A stretch of DNA of 64,000 nt from an uncultured bacterium (GTDB taxonomy: Bacteria; Krumholzibacteriota; Krumholzibacteriia; Krumholzibacteriales; Krumholzibacteriaceae): positions 1 through 64,000 of the forward strand of contig CAWBAN010000005.1 of the NCBI GenBank assembly GCA_963786935.1. Direction: 5' to 3'. The notes under the pieces were generated by a model. That model was not told the origin of the DNA, did not search any database, and was given only the letters and a program-made list of their open reading frames with translations. The stretch's first letter is position 1; the number at the start of each line of letters is the position of its first letter. Positions 10,586 to 20,461 of this stretch are shown here, one piece after another. Both the position numbers and the translations under genes were made by a program.

Positions 10586-12577
10586 ATGGCATATGAATCA
10601 GAAAACGCCCGTTTGAAGACGGCGCCGTCGGATGGGAACGGGGGGCGCTACCCCATCTGTTCGGCGGGTGCCGGTGCAGACAGCGATTTCGCGCTCGATG
10701 GAGACAGCCTCGTCGCTGAGGATCTGCCTGAGGCGTCCGCCGTGCGGCGCTCGGCGCGCGCCGTAATCGGGAAGCCGGGCTCCCTGAGCCGGTTGCTGAG
10801 AATGCCGAGCATCGTCGCCATGGTCGCGGCGCTCGCCGCGCCCGCGATCGCCTCGGCCCAGGAGGCGCCGCGCCGGCCGAACATCGTCATTATCCTCGGC
10901 GACGATTTAGGGTACGCCGACATGGGCATGTTCGGCAGCGAGATCAAGACGCCGAACCTCGACGCGCTGGCGAAGGACGGCGCGCGCTTCGTAAACTTCT
11001 ACACGCACGCGACCAGCTCCCCCACGCGATCTATTCTGCTGACGGGCGTCGATAATCACATCAACGGTCTGGGCAACATGGACGAGTGGACCGCGCCCAG
11101 CCAGATGGGCCTCCCCGGCTACGAAGGCTATCTCAACAACCGGGTGGTCACGCTGCCGCAGCTGCTCAAGGACGCGGGCTACCACACCTACATGGTCGGA
11201 AAATGGCACCTGGGCAAGGCGCCCGATAAGATTCCGGCCGCGCGCGGATTCGAGCGCGACTTCTCGCTGCTGGACGGGGCGGGAAGCTACTGGGATATGA
11301 CGAATTTCACCGCCACTTCGCCGAAGTCGGTCTTCACCGAGGACGGGCGCTATCTGACGCGGCTTCCCGACGGCTACTACGCGACGAAGACCTATACCGA
11401 CAAGCTGATCGGATACATCGACGCCGATCACGCCGACGGCAAGCCTTTCTTCGCCTACGTCGCCCACCAGGCGCCGCACGACCCGTTCCATCTGCCGCGG
11501 GAGTGGCGCACTCGTCACGTCGGCGAGTATGACATAGGTTGGGACGCGGTGCGGCAGGCGCGGCTGAACCGGCAGATCGAGCTCGGCATCATGCCCGCGG
11601 GCACGCAGCTCGCCGAGCGCATGTGGTTTCTGCCCGATCCGGTCCTGCTCGCTCCGGCGACCAAGGCGATCCTCGGCAAGAAGATGGAGCTCTACGCCGG
11701 CATGGTGGAAAACCTCGACTTTCACGTCGGCCGGCTCATCGACCACCTCAAGAAGATCGGCGAGTACGAGAACACCGTCTTCATCGTGTTCGGCGACAAC
11801 GGCGCCGAAGGAACCGATCTCTTCGCGATGATCGCTGGTGCGCCCGGCTCGCGTGACTACCTCTTCGGGGCCATGAAGTGGTCGCAGACGCATCCCAACG
11901 CGTGGGGCGATCCGGGCTCGTATGTGGGCTACGGCCCGATGTGGGCGCAGGTGTCGATGACGCCCTTCAGTCAGTACAAGGGCTGGACCGCGGAAGGCGG
12001 CATCAGGAACGCGCTCATCGTCAGCGGTCCGGTCGTCAAGCTGCCCAAGGGGAGCGTCAACCGCGGGCTCATGCACGTGGCCGACCTCATGCCGACCCTC
12101 CTCGAGATCGCCGGCACGAGCTATCCGACGACCTACGGCGGGCGGGAGCTGCCCTCGCTCATCGGCAAATCCTGGGGCCCGATGCTGGCGGGCAGGGAGG
12201 AGTCGCCGCGGACGGAGCAGGACTATCTGGCCTGGGAGATCTTCGGCAACCGCGCGCTGCGGCAGGGTGATTGGAAGATCCGCTGGGAATACAAGTCGTT
12301 CGGCATGGGTGACTGGGAGCTCTTCAACCTCAAGGACGATCCCGCCGAGCGGAAGGATCTCGCCGCGGAGCGCCCCGACAAGGTGAAGGCGCTCCTCGAG
12401 CTCTGGGACGGCTATGTCCGGGCGAACAACGTGGTTCTTCCGAACCGCTCCATGTTCGAGACCCTGGAAGACAATCTTCCGCCGCGGGTCCCGGTCGACC
12501 CGCGCTATCCGCCTCTGCTGACCACCAAGCGGCAGTTCGTGCCGCCCAAGGAAATGATGGCCGATCCTAAGAAGTAA
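10586..12577 (+). CDS. Arylsulfatase, Ser-type, probably exported (alternative start 10802)
   Basis: RPNIVIILGDDLG, SSPTR signature (Ser in place of Cys), GKWHLG, APHDP, DNG; signal-like segment VAMVAALAAPAIASA. Confidence 0.93.
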   Translation: MAYESENARLKTAPSDGNGGRYPICSAGAGADSDFALDGDSLVAEDLPEASAVRRSARAVIGKPGSLSRLLRMPSIVAMVAALAAPAIASAQEAPRRPNIVIILGDDLGYADMGMFGSEIKTPNLDALAKDGARFVNFYTHATSSPTRSILLTGVDNHINGLGNMDEWTAPSQMGLPGYEGYLNNRVVTLPQLLKDAGYHTYMVGKWHLGKAPDKIPAARGFERDFSLLDGAGSYWDMTNFTATSPKSVFTEDGRYLTRLPDGYYATKTYTDKLIGYIDADHADGKPFFAYVAHQAPHDPFHLPREWRTRHVGEYDIGWDAVRQARLNRQIELGIMPAGTQLAERMWFLPDPVLLAPATKAILGKKMELYAGMVENLDFHVGRLIDHLKKIGEYENTVFIVFGDNGAEGTDLFAMIAGAPGSRDYLFGAMKWSQTHPNAWGDPGSYVGYGPMWAQVSMTPFSQYKGWTAEGGIRNALIVSGPVVKLPKGSVNRGLMHVADLMPTLLEIAGTSYPTTYGGRELPSLIGKSWGPMLAGREESPRTEQDYLAWEIFGNRALRQGDWKIRWEYKSFGMGDWELFNLKDDPAERKDLAAERPDKVKALLELWDGYVRANNVVLPNRSMFETLEDNLPPRVPVDPRYPPLLTTKRQFVPPKEMMADPKK

Positions 12578-12642
12578 CAGCGTCTCCGATCCGATGATGA
12601 GCGGGGAAGGATGGAGATCACTTGGAACATAAAGGAGGCCCG

Positions 12643-13620
12643 ATGAAACCGGTTATGTGTTTCCGCGTAATCGTCGCCATGATGATTGCCGTGGGCGCTC
12701 TGTGCCCGCACGAGGCTTCGGCCCAGGTCCCGGCGCGTTTCTACTGGAAGGCTCTGTCGGGCGCCAACGGCGTGCCCCTCATCGTCCAGTCGATGAACGG
12801 CAACACGAATCCGTTCGATGTTTCTCACGCCGTGACGCCGGGAGCGAACTTCGACGCCACGTTGGCCCTGGCGGGCTATGCGCGCATCTTCACCCTCTTC
12901 GATCGCTCGGCCATGGCCGCGATCATTGCGCCCATGGGGCGGCTTTCGGGGGATGTCACGGTGGCCGGGAAGACTGCCGGTCAATCGACGAGCGGTTTCG
13001 GCGACCCCATGATCGAGTTCGACTTCAATGTCCTCGGCCCGAAGGCGCAGAAGAACATCCCCGATATCTTGCGCTACGAGCCGGGGTTCTCCGTCGACCT
13101 GCTCGGCGACCTGGCGCTGCCGATCGGCGAGTACAACAGCGACCAGCCCCTGAATCTCGGGCAGAACCGCTGGTACGGGCGCCTGGGCTTGCCCACTATC
13201 TGGCAGCTCGGAGCGTGGGTGCCAGGCCGGCGCACCACCCTGGAGCTCCTGCCCGCCGTGTGGCTCTTCGGAACCAACGACGACTATGTGGGGAAGACGT
13301 TGAAGACCGATCCGATGTTCCAGCTGGACGCGCACGTGACGCGCGATTTCACCGAGGACTTCTGGGTGTCCTTCGACGCCGTCTGGTACACGGGCGGCCA
13401 GGCGACGATCGACAGCGTCGCGGGAGAGGAGCTCAACAACTTCGGCGCGGGGTTCACGCTCGGGTACAAGATCAACGAGAACCTGGGGCTCACCTGCGGC
13501 TACAAGTCGACCGTCGACGACAGCGCTCCCGAGGACCTTCGCATGAGCCAGTTCATGGTCTCGCTCATGTACGGGTGGCACCCGCTCGTGGAGGGAATGC
13601 GACGGCTGAGCGAGAAGTAG
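12643..13620 (+). CDS. Outer-membrane beta-barrel 'transporter' (MetA-pathway/phenol-degradation family)
   Basis: Signal peptide (ASA-Q); SGFGDP and P+G+Y....LNLGQNRW motifs. Confidence 0.8.
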   Translation: MKPVMCFRVIVAMMIAVGALCPHEASAQVPARFYWKALSGANGVPLIVQSMNGNTNPFDVSHAVTPGANFDATLALAGYARIFTLFDRSAMAAIIAPMGRLSGDVTVAGKTAGQSTSGFGDPMIEFDFNVLGPKAQKNIPDILRYEPGFSVDLLGDLALPIGEYNSDQPLNLGQNRWYGRLGLPTIWQLGAWVPGRRTTLELLPAVWLFGTNDDYVGKTLKTDPMFQLDAHVTRDFTEDFWVSFDAVWYTGGQATIDSVAGEELNNFGAGFTLGYKINENLGLTCGYKSTVDDSAPEDLRMSQFMVSLMYGWHPLVEGMRRLSEK

Positions 13621-13678
13621 GGGCGGGGCGGCGCGCCCGAGCGCGCCGCGAGTGTTCCGGATCGGAAAGGAGAACGTC

Positions 13679-14224
13679 ATGGAAACGTTGGCAGGAGCCG
13701 TGAAAACGGGCGCACGGAGGATGACGACTCTCGGCGTCGTCGCCATCATCCTCGGGATTCTGGCCGTGCTGATGCCGTTTGTGGCCGGCGCGTCGGCCAC
13801 GCTTCTCGTGGGCGTGCTCGTGCTCGCGGCCGGCATCGTCCGGATCGTCTGGGCCTTCGGATCGGATAGCTTCGGCAAGGGTCTGCTGAAGCTCGTTATC
13901 GGCGTGTTGACGCTGCTGGCCGGCATTTTTCTTCTCGCCCATCCGCTCTTCGCCATGGGCGTCCTGACGATTGTGCTGGCGATTTACTTCGTGCTCGACG
14001 GGATCGCCGAGATCGTCGCGGCATTCAAGCGGAGACCGCATTTGGGATGGCTCTGGATGCTGATCGGAGGCATCGTATCGATCCTCCTCGGCATCTTCAT
14101 CTGGAGGCAGTTCCCCTTGTCCGGTGTCTGGGCGATCGGCGTCCTACTGGGCATCAAGCTGTTCTTCATCGGCCTGATGATGATCATGGCCGGCTCGGTG
14201 ATGCGCTCGGTATCGAAAGCATAA
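13679..14224 (+). CDS. HdeD/DUF308 family membrane protein
   Basis: Six TM helices; GVVAIILGILA..P, GW.W.L..GIVSILLG, WAIGVLLGI. Confidence 0.85.
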   Translation: METLAGAVKTGARRMTTLGVVAIILGILAVLMPFVAGASATLLVGVLVLAAGIVRIVWAFGSDSFGKGLLKLVIGVLTLLAGIFLLAHPLFAMGVLTIVLAIYFVLDGIAEIVAAFKRRPHLGWLWMLIGGIVSILLGIFIWRQFPLSGVWAIGVLLGIKLFFIGLMMIMAGSVMRSVSKA

Positions 14225-14366
14225 GGAGGAACGGCGCGACCAGTCTCATTCGACCGCTCGGTCCCATCGGGGCAACCATGACTCGCTCTTCCGGCGAGGC
14301 GCGAGAGCGTCTGGGAGGGAGTCCGGACGATCTGTGCCGCGAATTGTCTGATCGAGAGGTGTATCG

Positions 14367-15035
14367 ATGACGATGGAAGATGAACGTCGGGTTCCCTTTT
14401 TTGAGCGGCGCTGGCCCGTCGGACTCGCAATTCTGGCGGTGTTGGCCTTGCTGACGGCGCTGCCGGGGCGGATCATGCTGCTCCCGAGCTGGGCTCCCTT
14501 CGCCGGCGCAACCATGCTGCTCGGGGCGATGACCGCCGCCGGGGTGACGCGAGGACGGCCGCGGTGGATGCTCCTCGAGCGCTGGATCACGCTGCTGTTC
14601 GTCGCGCTCGCAGGGACGGCGACGCTTGCAACCCTGTCGTTCCTGGTTCGCGCGATGGTGTTCAGGCCCGGGGATATCAGCGGCCTGCAGCTGCTCGCCT
14701 CGAGCGTCGCGGTGTGGGTCACCAATGTGCTCCTCTTTTCGCTGCTGTACTGGCAGATCGATCGCGGCGGCCCCGGGGCCCGGGGAGGCGGCACGAGCGC
14801 GCGGCCGGACTGGCTCTTTCCGCAGGTGAGCGCTCCCGAGAGCGCGCCGGCCGGCTGGCGTCCGACGTTCGTCGACTATCTGTTCCTCGGCTACTCGACC
14901 GCGACGGCGTTCAGCACCACCGAGGTCGCGCCGATGACGTCTCGCGCCAAGCTGCTGATGATGCTCGAGAGCACGATCTCGCTGATCACGCTCGTCCTCG
15001 TCGCGTCGCGGGCGATCAACATTCTGGGAAATTAG
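14367..15035 (+). CDS. DUF1345-like membrane protein
   Basis: YWQIDRGGP...DWLFPQ...WRPTFVDYLFLGYSTATAFS...AKLLM...RAINIL. Confidence 0.75.
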   Translation: MTMEDERRVPFFERRWPVGLAILAVLALLTALPGRIMLLPSWAPFAGATMLLGAMTAAGVTRGRPRWMLLERWITLLFVALAGTATLATLSFLVRAMVFRPGDISGLQLLASSVAVWVTNVLLFSLLYWQIDRGGPGARGGGTSARPDWLFPQVSAPESAPAGWRPTFVDYLFLGYSTATAFSTTEVAPMTSRAKLLMMLESTISLITLVLVASRAINILGN

Positions 15036-15055
15036 GGATGGTAGTGAGGAGAGCC

Positions 15056-15793
15056 ATGATGCATGTGTTCCGCTCCCTGCGCATAGTCTGTTTGACTCTC
15101 ATGGTCTGTTTCGTGACGACCGCCGCCGCCGCGGAAGAGATGTCGCGGGAATTCTGGCCGGAGACCGATCTCTGGCTGCGGCTCTCGCCCGCGTGGCGTC
15201 TTTCGTCCTTCATCGCCCTGTCGAACAACGTCGAAACTCATTATCGCGAAGGAAGCATGATTCTGCAGGCGGACTACGGATGGGGGAAAAAGACGCTTCT
15301 GTACAAGACACGTTTGCTGGACGAAGGCCGAGCGCAAGGCAAAATGAACACTTTTCTGCTCCGCAGCGGGTATCTCAATGGGCAGAGCCTCGACGACCGG
15401 GGCGAGGCGTACCGGGAGAATACGATGCTGCTCGAGCTGCATGCGCGGACCCCAGTCAAGCGCGGCGTTCTCCTCTCGAACAGGCTGCGCGCGGATCTTC
15501 GCTGGCTGGGGGACGACGCCGAGTTCTCGTATCGGCTGCGGTACCGGCTGATGCTGGAAAAGGAAATCCTCGCGGGGGGCACCTCGATCGTTCCCTACGT
15601 GAACGTCGAGCCGTACTATGACTCGCGATACGAGGTGGTGAATCGCGTCCGGCTCATCGGCGGCGCCACGGTCGCCTGGTCGCAGCGCTTCGCGCTGGAG
15701 GGGAATGTAACCTATCAGCACGACACGCGGTCGTCGGTCACGAACCTCTACGCGCTGAACGTGATTCTGCACGTGTTCTTCGAGCCGCGCTGA
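15056..15793 (+). CDS. DUF2490-like outer-membrane beta-barrel protein
   Basis: GAGGAG RBS; signal peptide; NRLRADLRW...YRLRYRL, PYVNVEPYY amphipathic strands. Confidence 0.7.
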   Translation: MMHVFRSLRIVCLTLMVCFVTTAAAAEEMSREFWPETDLWLRLSPAWRLSSFIALSNNVETHYREGSMILQADYGWGKKTLLYKTRLLDEGRAQGKMNTFLLRSGYLNGQSLDDRGEAYRENTMLLELHARTPVKRGVLLSNRLRADLRWLGDDAEFSYRLRYRLMLEKEILAGGTSIVPYVNVEPYYDSRYEVVNRVRLIGGATVAWSQRFALEGNVTYQHDTRSSVTNLYALNVILHVFFEPR

Positions 15794-15838
15794 CGTGAAC
15801 CCGATTCCGCCTGCGGCGCGCCGCCGGGCGCCGGCCGT

Positions 15839-18800
15839 CTAAAGCGTCTTGCGCAGGTAGTGGGCGATTCTCCGGTCCCACGTGGAATAGGTGGGCCACA
15901 AGGATTCGAACTGCTCCTGGCTCTCCAGCCAGGTCACGGAGCCCAGCACGAGGAAGAAATCGAAGTACGCCGAAATGCTCCATGCGCCGCTCGTCACCGA
16001 GAGCACCTCGCCGTCGAGCAGCATGCCGCGGGCGTCCTTGTTCAAGGAGCCGACGGTCATGTAAAGGATGGCTCGGTCCCGGAGATCCCGGGGAAGCGAG
16101 TCGTACGCCGCGAGCAGCGGCGCGAAGAGCTTGAAGCCCTCGCGTTCCAGGAGCGGTTCGTCGGGGGCCTTCCGGTAGCGCGCCATGCGCATCATCATGT
16201 CGGCGAGGGCCTTCCGCACCGCCGGATCGCGCGCCAGGGCGAGTTGCGTCTCGCGCGTGATGAAGAGCTGCGTCTTGCGGTGCAGCTTGGGGAGGCGCGC
16301 GACGACGTCGGGAGTCAGCGTCAGCGGCGCGACGCCTTCGCGGGCGAGGATCTCGGGCGCCCGCTCGAGCTTGGCGTACGACGTGTCCGGGAGCGGGAAC
16401 TCGTCTTTGAGGAACGGAGCCTTTTCGAAGCCCTTCTCCGCCTCGCTGACCCTCGCGGCCATGTCGCCGATAGGCGACGTCCTCGTATAGAGGCCCGCGC
16501 GGAGATCGCCGCCCGCCGCCTCCATCTCGGGCCTGAGCTCCTTCGCTATCTCCACGAAACGTCCGAAAACGATCTGCGAGCGCGCCATCTGGGGCATGCC
16601 CGAGCTCGGGGCGTTGGCCAGCGCGGGGGCGACGACATAGACCCGGCACCCGCGAAGCGCCGCGCCCGTGAGCATCGCCGCCCAGATGCCGTTGATCCAG
16701 ATGGAATCGGGAACGTAGATGACGCTGCCCCGCGGCATCAGGCTGTAGAGGATCTGCTGGACGACCATCGCTTCCTTGCGGCCGAAGCCGACGACGTTAT
16801 GGACGTCCATGTTCGTGGCGGTGGCGCCCCGCGCGATGAGCGCCTCCACCATCGAATCATAGCACGCCGGAATGGGCAGCGGCCGCAGGGGCGCCGGGAT
16901 CTCGCTCTCCTCGAAGCCGTTCGAAACGAGGAGTTCCCGGGCCATGCGCTTGAGGTTGAGGATCGCGGGGCCGGTCGCCAGCAGCGCCCGGTCCTCCCAG
17001 GTGGAGCTCGCGTAGTGCTCCCCGACGCCGGTTCCCGTGTAGATCGCCTCACCCTTCGCCGGATCGAGCTCGGTCACGTCCCGGAACGAGATTTTGCGAT
17101 GATCGATCATGAGCGCGTCGGGGACGAGGTTGATCTGCCCGATGGGTCCCCCCACGAGGTGCTTCGAGCGGAAGCTGAGATCCGTCGGCTGCGTGATGTT
17201 GACGTGAACCTTGACGTACGCGCGGAGCCAGCTTTCTCCGCGGCGGTCCGCTTCGGCGGCGAGCCGCCGGGAAGCCCGGACGGCGGCGCGGAGCTCCTCC
17301 TGCGCGGCCCGCACGCCCTGCTCCATCAGGGTGTGCTCCATCGGGAGATGGACTTCCGCTCCGAGCGGATCCTCGAGGAGGCTCAGCCATATCTCGCCCC
17401 GGTTGGCCACGTAGTACGTCTGATCGATGAGCATCAGGTAAACGGGGAGTTTTCCCGCCCTGTCGAACGCCTTCACGCGATCGGTGAGGGCCCGGAGGTA
17501 CCCGTTCACCGTGACCTCGTACCCGAGCGCGTCGGGTTCCTTGGCCGCGTTCAGCCCGCGGTAGTCGTGGATCCAGAGAACGTGGTAATCCTCGGCCTGC
17601 CGGATCATGCGGACGACTTCCGGGGGAACCTGCGGCGCGCCGAGCATCGCGACGGCGTTCCCGCGCGTGAAGGGCCGGCCCACGGCCTTCTCGATGATCG
17701 CGTCGATCTCGGCCTGGGTGTCGTGGTCTTCCGGACGCAGGACGAGATCGGGGGGCAGCCACTCCCCGCGAGAGTCGTGCTCGAGCGCCTGATATATCCG
17801 CAGGCGCTCCTTCTCGAGAATATCGAGCCAGGCGTCGAAGACCGCGATGACGGCTTCCCGCCGCTCCGGCGGCACGGCGGGGCGGGCCCCGAGCCACGCG
17901 GCGAACTCGTCCCGCGCGGCGGCGCCGAATCCGTACAGGGAATCCCGATCCTTGTATCGTCCGCAGTACGTGTCGTACGGGAGGACCACCCTGTCGAACA
18001 TCACGCGACCCGCTTCGACGGCGATCGCGTTCCCGACGGCCGCGGCGTCCGCGTCGGCGGCCCCCGCGGCGAGGCCGAAGGCCGTCGCGAGCCGACCGTA
18101 ATAGACTCTCGGTTCGTCGTCGGGATTGTGTCCGCGGGGGCGGAGGGAATCGGTGGCGGCCATGGCCGTTTTCAGCTTCGCGATCTGCCGGCGGGTGTTT
18201 TCGATGTCCTTCTTCGGATCGGTGATATCGTCGCCGATGTAAACCGTCGAGAGATTCGTGATCCACACGGCCGAATCCTTCACGTCTCTCATCGCCGCGA
18301 TCACGCGCGGGTCGGTTATCGGACGCTCCTTCGATTCGTCCTTTCCGGCGGGCAGCCTGAAGGATATGGAGTTCGGGCGGGTCTTCCCTGCCCACGGTTG
18401 AAAGATCGGAATGGTGAAGCCCAGGTTGAATGTCTGGTCGCGTCCCGGGATCCAATCCGCGCGCACCAGGCTCCCGCGGCCGAAAATCCCGCCCCGGCGC
18501 ACCGGCACGCTCGCCGAGAGAATGAAGTCGCTTCTCTCCAGACGGAAGCTGTAGTCGATCCCCCCTTGCAGAAACAGGGGCGGGCTCGCCAGGTAGAGTC
18601 TCGCGCCGCTGTCGAACGCGCCATCGGCGCCGCCCGCGTACGCCTCGGCGCTCCATCCGAGAAGGTCGACCGTCGGCGCCTTGATGTTCTTGAATATGCC
18701 GATGAGGGCCGCGCCGCCCGGCTCCGTTCCCAGCCGGGTATCGTTGAATCCGAAATAGAGCCCGCCGTACGGTTTCCAGCGGGGAGGCTGACCCATCGAC

Positions 18801-18937
18801 GCGGTCGGGGCGAGCGGGTCCGACGGAGAGGTCTCCGCCCCGGCCGCGGCGGAGAGACAGGCGGCGAGGAGAAGACCGATCAACGCGGCAGGCGATCTCC
18901 AGGCGAACCGGCCCGGCGCCGGGGATGAGATATGCAT
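15839..18937 (-). CDS. Large secreted phospholipase-D-superfamily protein with N-terminal beta-barrel-like region
   Basis: Signal peptide; HRKISFRD (HxKxxxxD) at 17078-17101; second LHRK at ~16280 and GSLNKD at ~16040; alternating aromatic/hydrophobic strands in the first ~190 aa. Confidence 0.65.
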   Translation of the reverse strand: MHISSPAPGRFAWRSPAALIGLLLAACLSAAAGAETSPSDPLAPTASMGQPPRWKPYGGLYFGFNDTRLGTEPGGAALIGIFKNIKAPTVDLLGWSAEAYAGGADGAFDSGARLYLASPPLFLQGGIDYSFRLERSDFILSASVPVRRGGIFGRGSLVRADWIPGRDQTFNLGFTIPIFQPWAGKTRPNSISFRLPAGKDESKERPITDPRVIAAMRDVKDSAVWITNLSTVYIGDDITDPKKDIENTRRQIAKLKTAMAATDSLRPRGHNPDDEPRVYYGRLATAFGLAAGAADADAAAVGNAIAVEAGRVMFDRVVLPYDTYCGRYKDRDSLYGFGAAARDEFAAWLGARPAVPPERREAVIAVFDAWLDILEKERLRIYQALEHDSRGEWLPPDLVLRPEDHDTQAEIDAIIEKAVGRPFTRGNAVAMLGAPQVPPEVVRMIRQAEDYHVLWIHDYRGLNAAKEPDALGYEVTVNGYLRALTDRVKAFDRAGKLPVYLMLIDQTYYVANRGEIWLSLLEDPLGAEVHLPMEHTLMEQGVRAAQEELRAAVRASRRLAAEADRRGESWLRAYVKVHVNITQPTDLSFRSKHLVGGPIGQINLVPDALMIDHRKISFRDVTELDPAKGEAIYTGTGVGEHYASSTWEDRALLATGPAILNLKRMARELLVSNGFEESEIPAPLRPLPIPACYDSMVEALIARGATATNMDVHNVVGFGRKEAMVVQQILYSLMPRGSVIYVPDSIWINGIWAAMLTGAALRGCRVYVVAPALANAPSSGMPQMARSQIVFGRFVEIAKELRPEMEAAGGDLRAGLYTRTSPIGDMAARVSEAEKGFEKAPFLKDEFPLPDTSYAKLERAPEILAREGVAPLTLTPDVVARLPKLHRKTQLFITRETQLALARDPAVRKALADMMMRMARYRKAPDEPLLEREGFKLFAPLLAAYDSLPRDLRDRAILYMTVGSLNKDARGMLLDGEVLSVTSGAWSISAYFDFFLVLGSVTWLESQEQFESLWPTYSTWDRRIAHYLRKTL

Positions 18938-19000
18938 AGTCGATTTCCTTCTCTTCGATGATTGCCCGCGAATTGTAGGGCCGAATCGACGAAAGCGCAA

Positions 19001-19019
19001 ATAAGACCTTGGTCCTACA
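19001..19019 (-). promoter_or_regulatory. Palindromic operator copy 2 (TGTAGGACCAAGGTCTTAT on the minus strand)
   Basis: Core at 19005-19014; minus-strand TACAAT at 18977-18972 ahead of the PLD gene. Confidence 0.65.
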
Positions 19020-19069
19020 CGGAGCTTTCCGCCTTGACTCCCGCGGCGGTATAAGGGCCTAATATTAGC

Positions 19070-20440
19070 ATGCTCAAGCAGTTACTTCGGCGGATTCTCC
19101 GTATGACGATTATTCCGGCGGCCGTGTGTGCCCTTGCGGCGGCGGGGGCCGGCACGGCCGGCGCGGGGGCCTGCGCGGCCGACGCGGAGGAAACGAATCG
19201 GGACAGCCTCGTCCTCGCCCAAAACGCTCTCTACGGCAGGCCGGTCAAGGAGATCGCGATCGCCGGCGCGAAGCACACGAAGGAGTATGTCATCAGGCGC
19301 GAGCTCGTCTCCCGGATCGGAGAGCCGTATCTCGAGGCGAACGCGGCGCTGGATGTCGAGAGGCTCACGAGGCTCGGCATATTCAGCAGCGTCGAGGTCT
19401 TCGGGAAAGCGTCCGACGACGGTGTCATGCTCACGGTCGGCGTCGTGGAGACGTTCCGGTTCCTGCCGGTCGTGAGCGTCTCGATCAGCGACGAGAACGG
19501 CGTTTCGGCGGGCGGCGGGCTGAAGATGCTCAACCTCGGAGGCCATGCCACCTATCTGTCGGCCGTCGCCCGCTTCGGAGGGGCCAACTCCATCCAGCTC
19601 ACCCTGGAGAATCCCTGGGTGACGGGAAACCATCTTTCCTACCACACCCATTACAACCATCTCGAGCGCAAGAACAAGATATTCGGATTCTACGAGGTCT
19701 CCGACGAGGCGTACGCGGAGATTCAGAGCTACGTGAGAAGGAACGGCCGGCTCGGCGGACGGATCATGTTCGAGACGGTGCACAGCGACGTGCCCGGCAA
19801 GACTCTCACGGCCGACGACCGCGATAACGTGGCCTCGCTCGGGGCGTATGCGATATACGATACGCGCGACGAATGGAACAATCCGAACACCGGATGGCTC
19901 AGCGAGCTGGCCGTCTGGCAGAGCGGAGCCTTCGGCACCGACAGCGATTTCCTGAGGCTGGTCGTCGACCTGCGCCGCTACAATTCTCTCGGCGGGAGAA
20001 GCACGCTGGGCGTCTTCTCGATGGCGACCCTGACCACGGGAACCGTCGGGCGGGACATCGCCGACTGGCAGCAGTTCGGCATCGGAGGCGTCAACACGAT
20101 CCGCGGTTGCGATCTGGGCGGCGTGATCGGGAAGAATCAGTTCATCAACACGCTGGAATTCCGCTACACGCTTCTCCCGCAGCAGGGCATCAGCGTCTTC
20201 GGAATCGATCTTCCCTTCGGCCTCCAGGGCACCGTCTTCGGGGATTTCGGCTCCGCCTGGAGCGAGAAAGAAGAGTTCATGGATGGATTTATCCTCGGAT
20301 ACGGCGTGGGACTCAGGCTCATTCTTCCATACATCGATGCCGCCCGCCTCGAGGTCGCGGCCGGCGACACGGGAGACGGCATCAAGGTGCTTGTGGCGAC
20401 CGGCGAGAAAGCCGACCGGGCGCGCTGGCGCGTCCGCTGA
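19070..20440 (+). CDS. Omp85/BamA-family protein with a single POTRA domain
   Basis: Signal peptide; POTRA (I.I.GAKHTKEYVIRREL...L.RLGIFSSV); YDTRD...P..G, GGVNTIRG, FGDFG.AW, GYGVGLR. Confidence 0.85.
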   Translation: MLKQLLRRILRMTIIPAAVCALAAAGAGTAGAGACAADAEETNRDSLVLAQNALYGRPVKEIAIAGAKHTKEYVIRRELVSRIGEPYLEANAALDVERLTRLGIFSSVEVFGKASDDGVMLTVGVVETFRFLPVVSVSISDENGVSAGGGLKMLNLGGHATYLSAVARFGGANSIQLTLENPWVTGNHLSYHTHYNHLERKNKIFGFYEVSDEAYAEIQSYVRRNGRLGGRIMFETVHSDVPGKTLTADDRDNVASLGAYAIYDTRDEWNNPNTGWLSELAVWQSGAFGTDSDFLRLVVDLRRYNSLGGRSTLGVFSMATLTTGTVGRDIADWQQFGIGGVNTIRGCDLGGVIGKNQFINTLEFRYTLLPQQGISVFGIDLPFGLQGTVFGDFGSAWSEKEEFMDGFILGYGVGLRLILPYIDAARLEVAAGDTGDGIKVLVATGEKADRARWRVR

Positions 20441-20461
20441 AATAATCGATGGAAAAAGCGC

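Noticed and set aside
14252..14263. GACC-GCTC-GGTC upstream of the DUF1345-like gene as a fourth operator
   Set aside because: Spacer is 4 bp instead of 2, flanks differ, and there is no -10 at the matching distance
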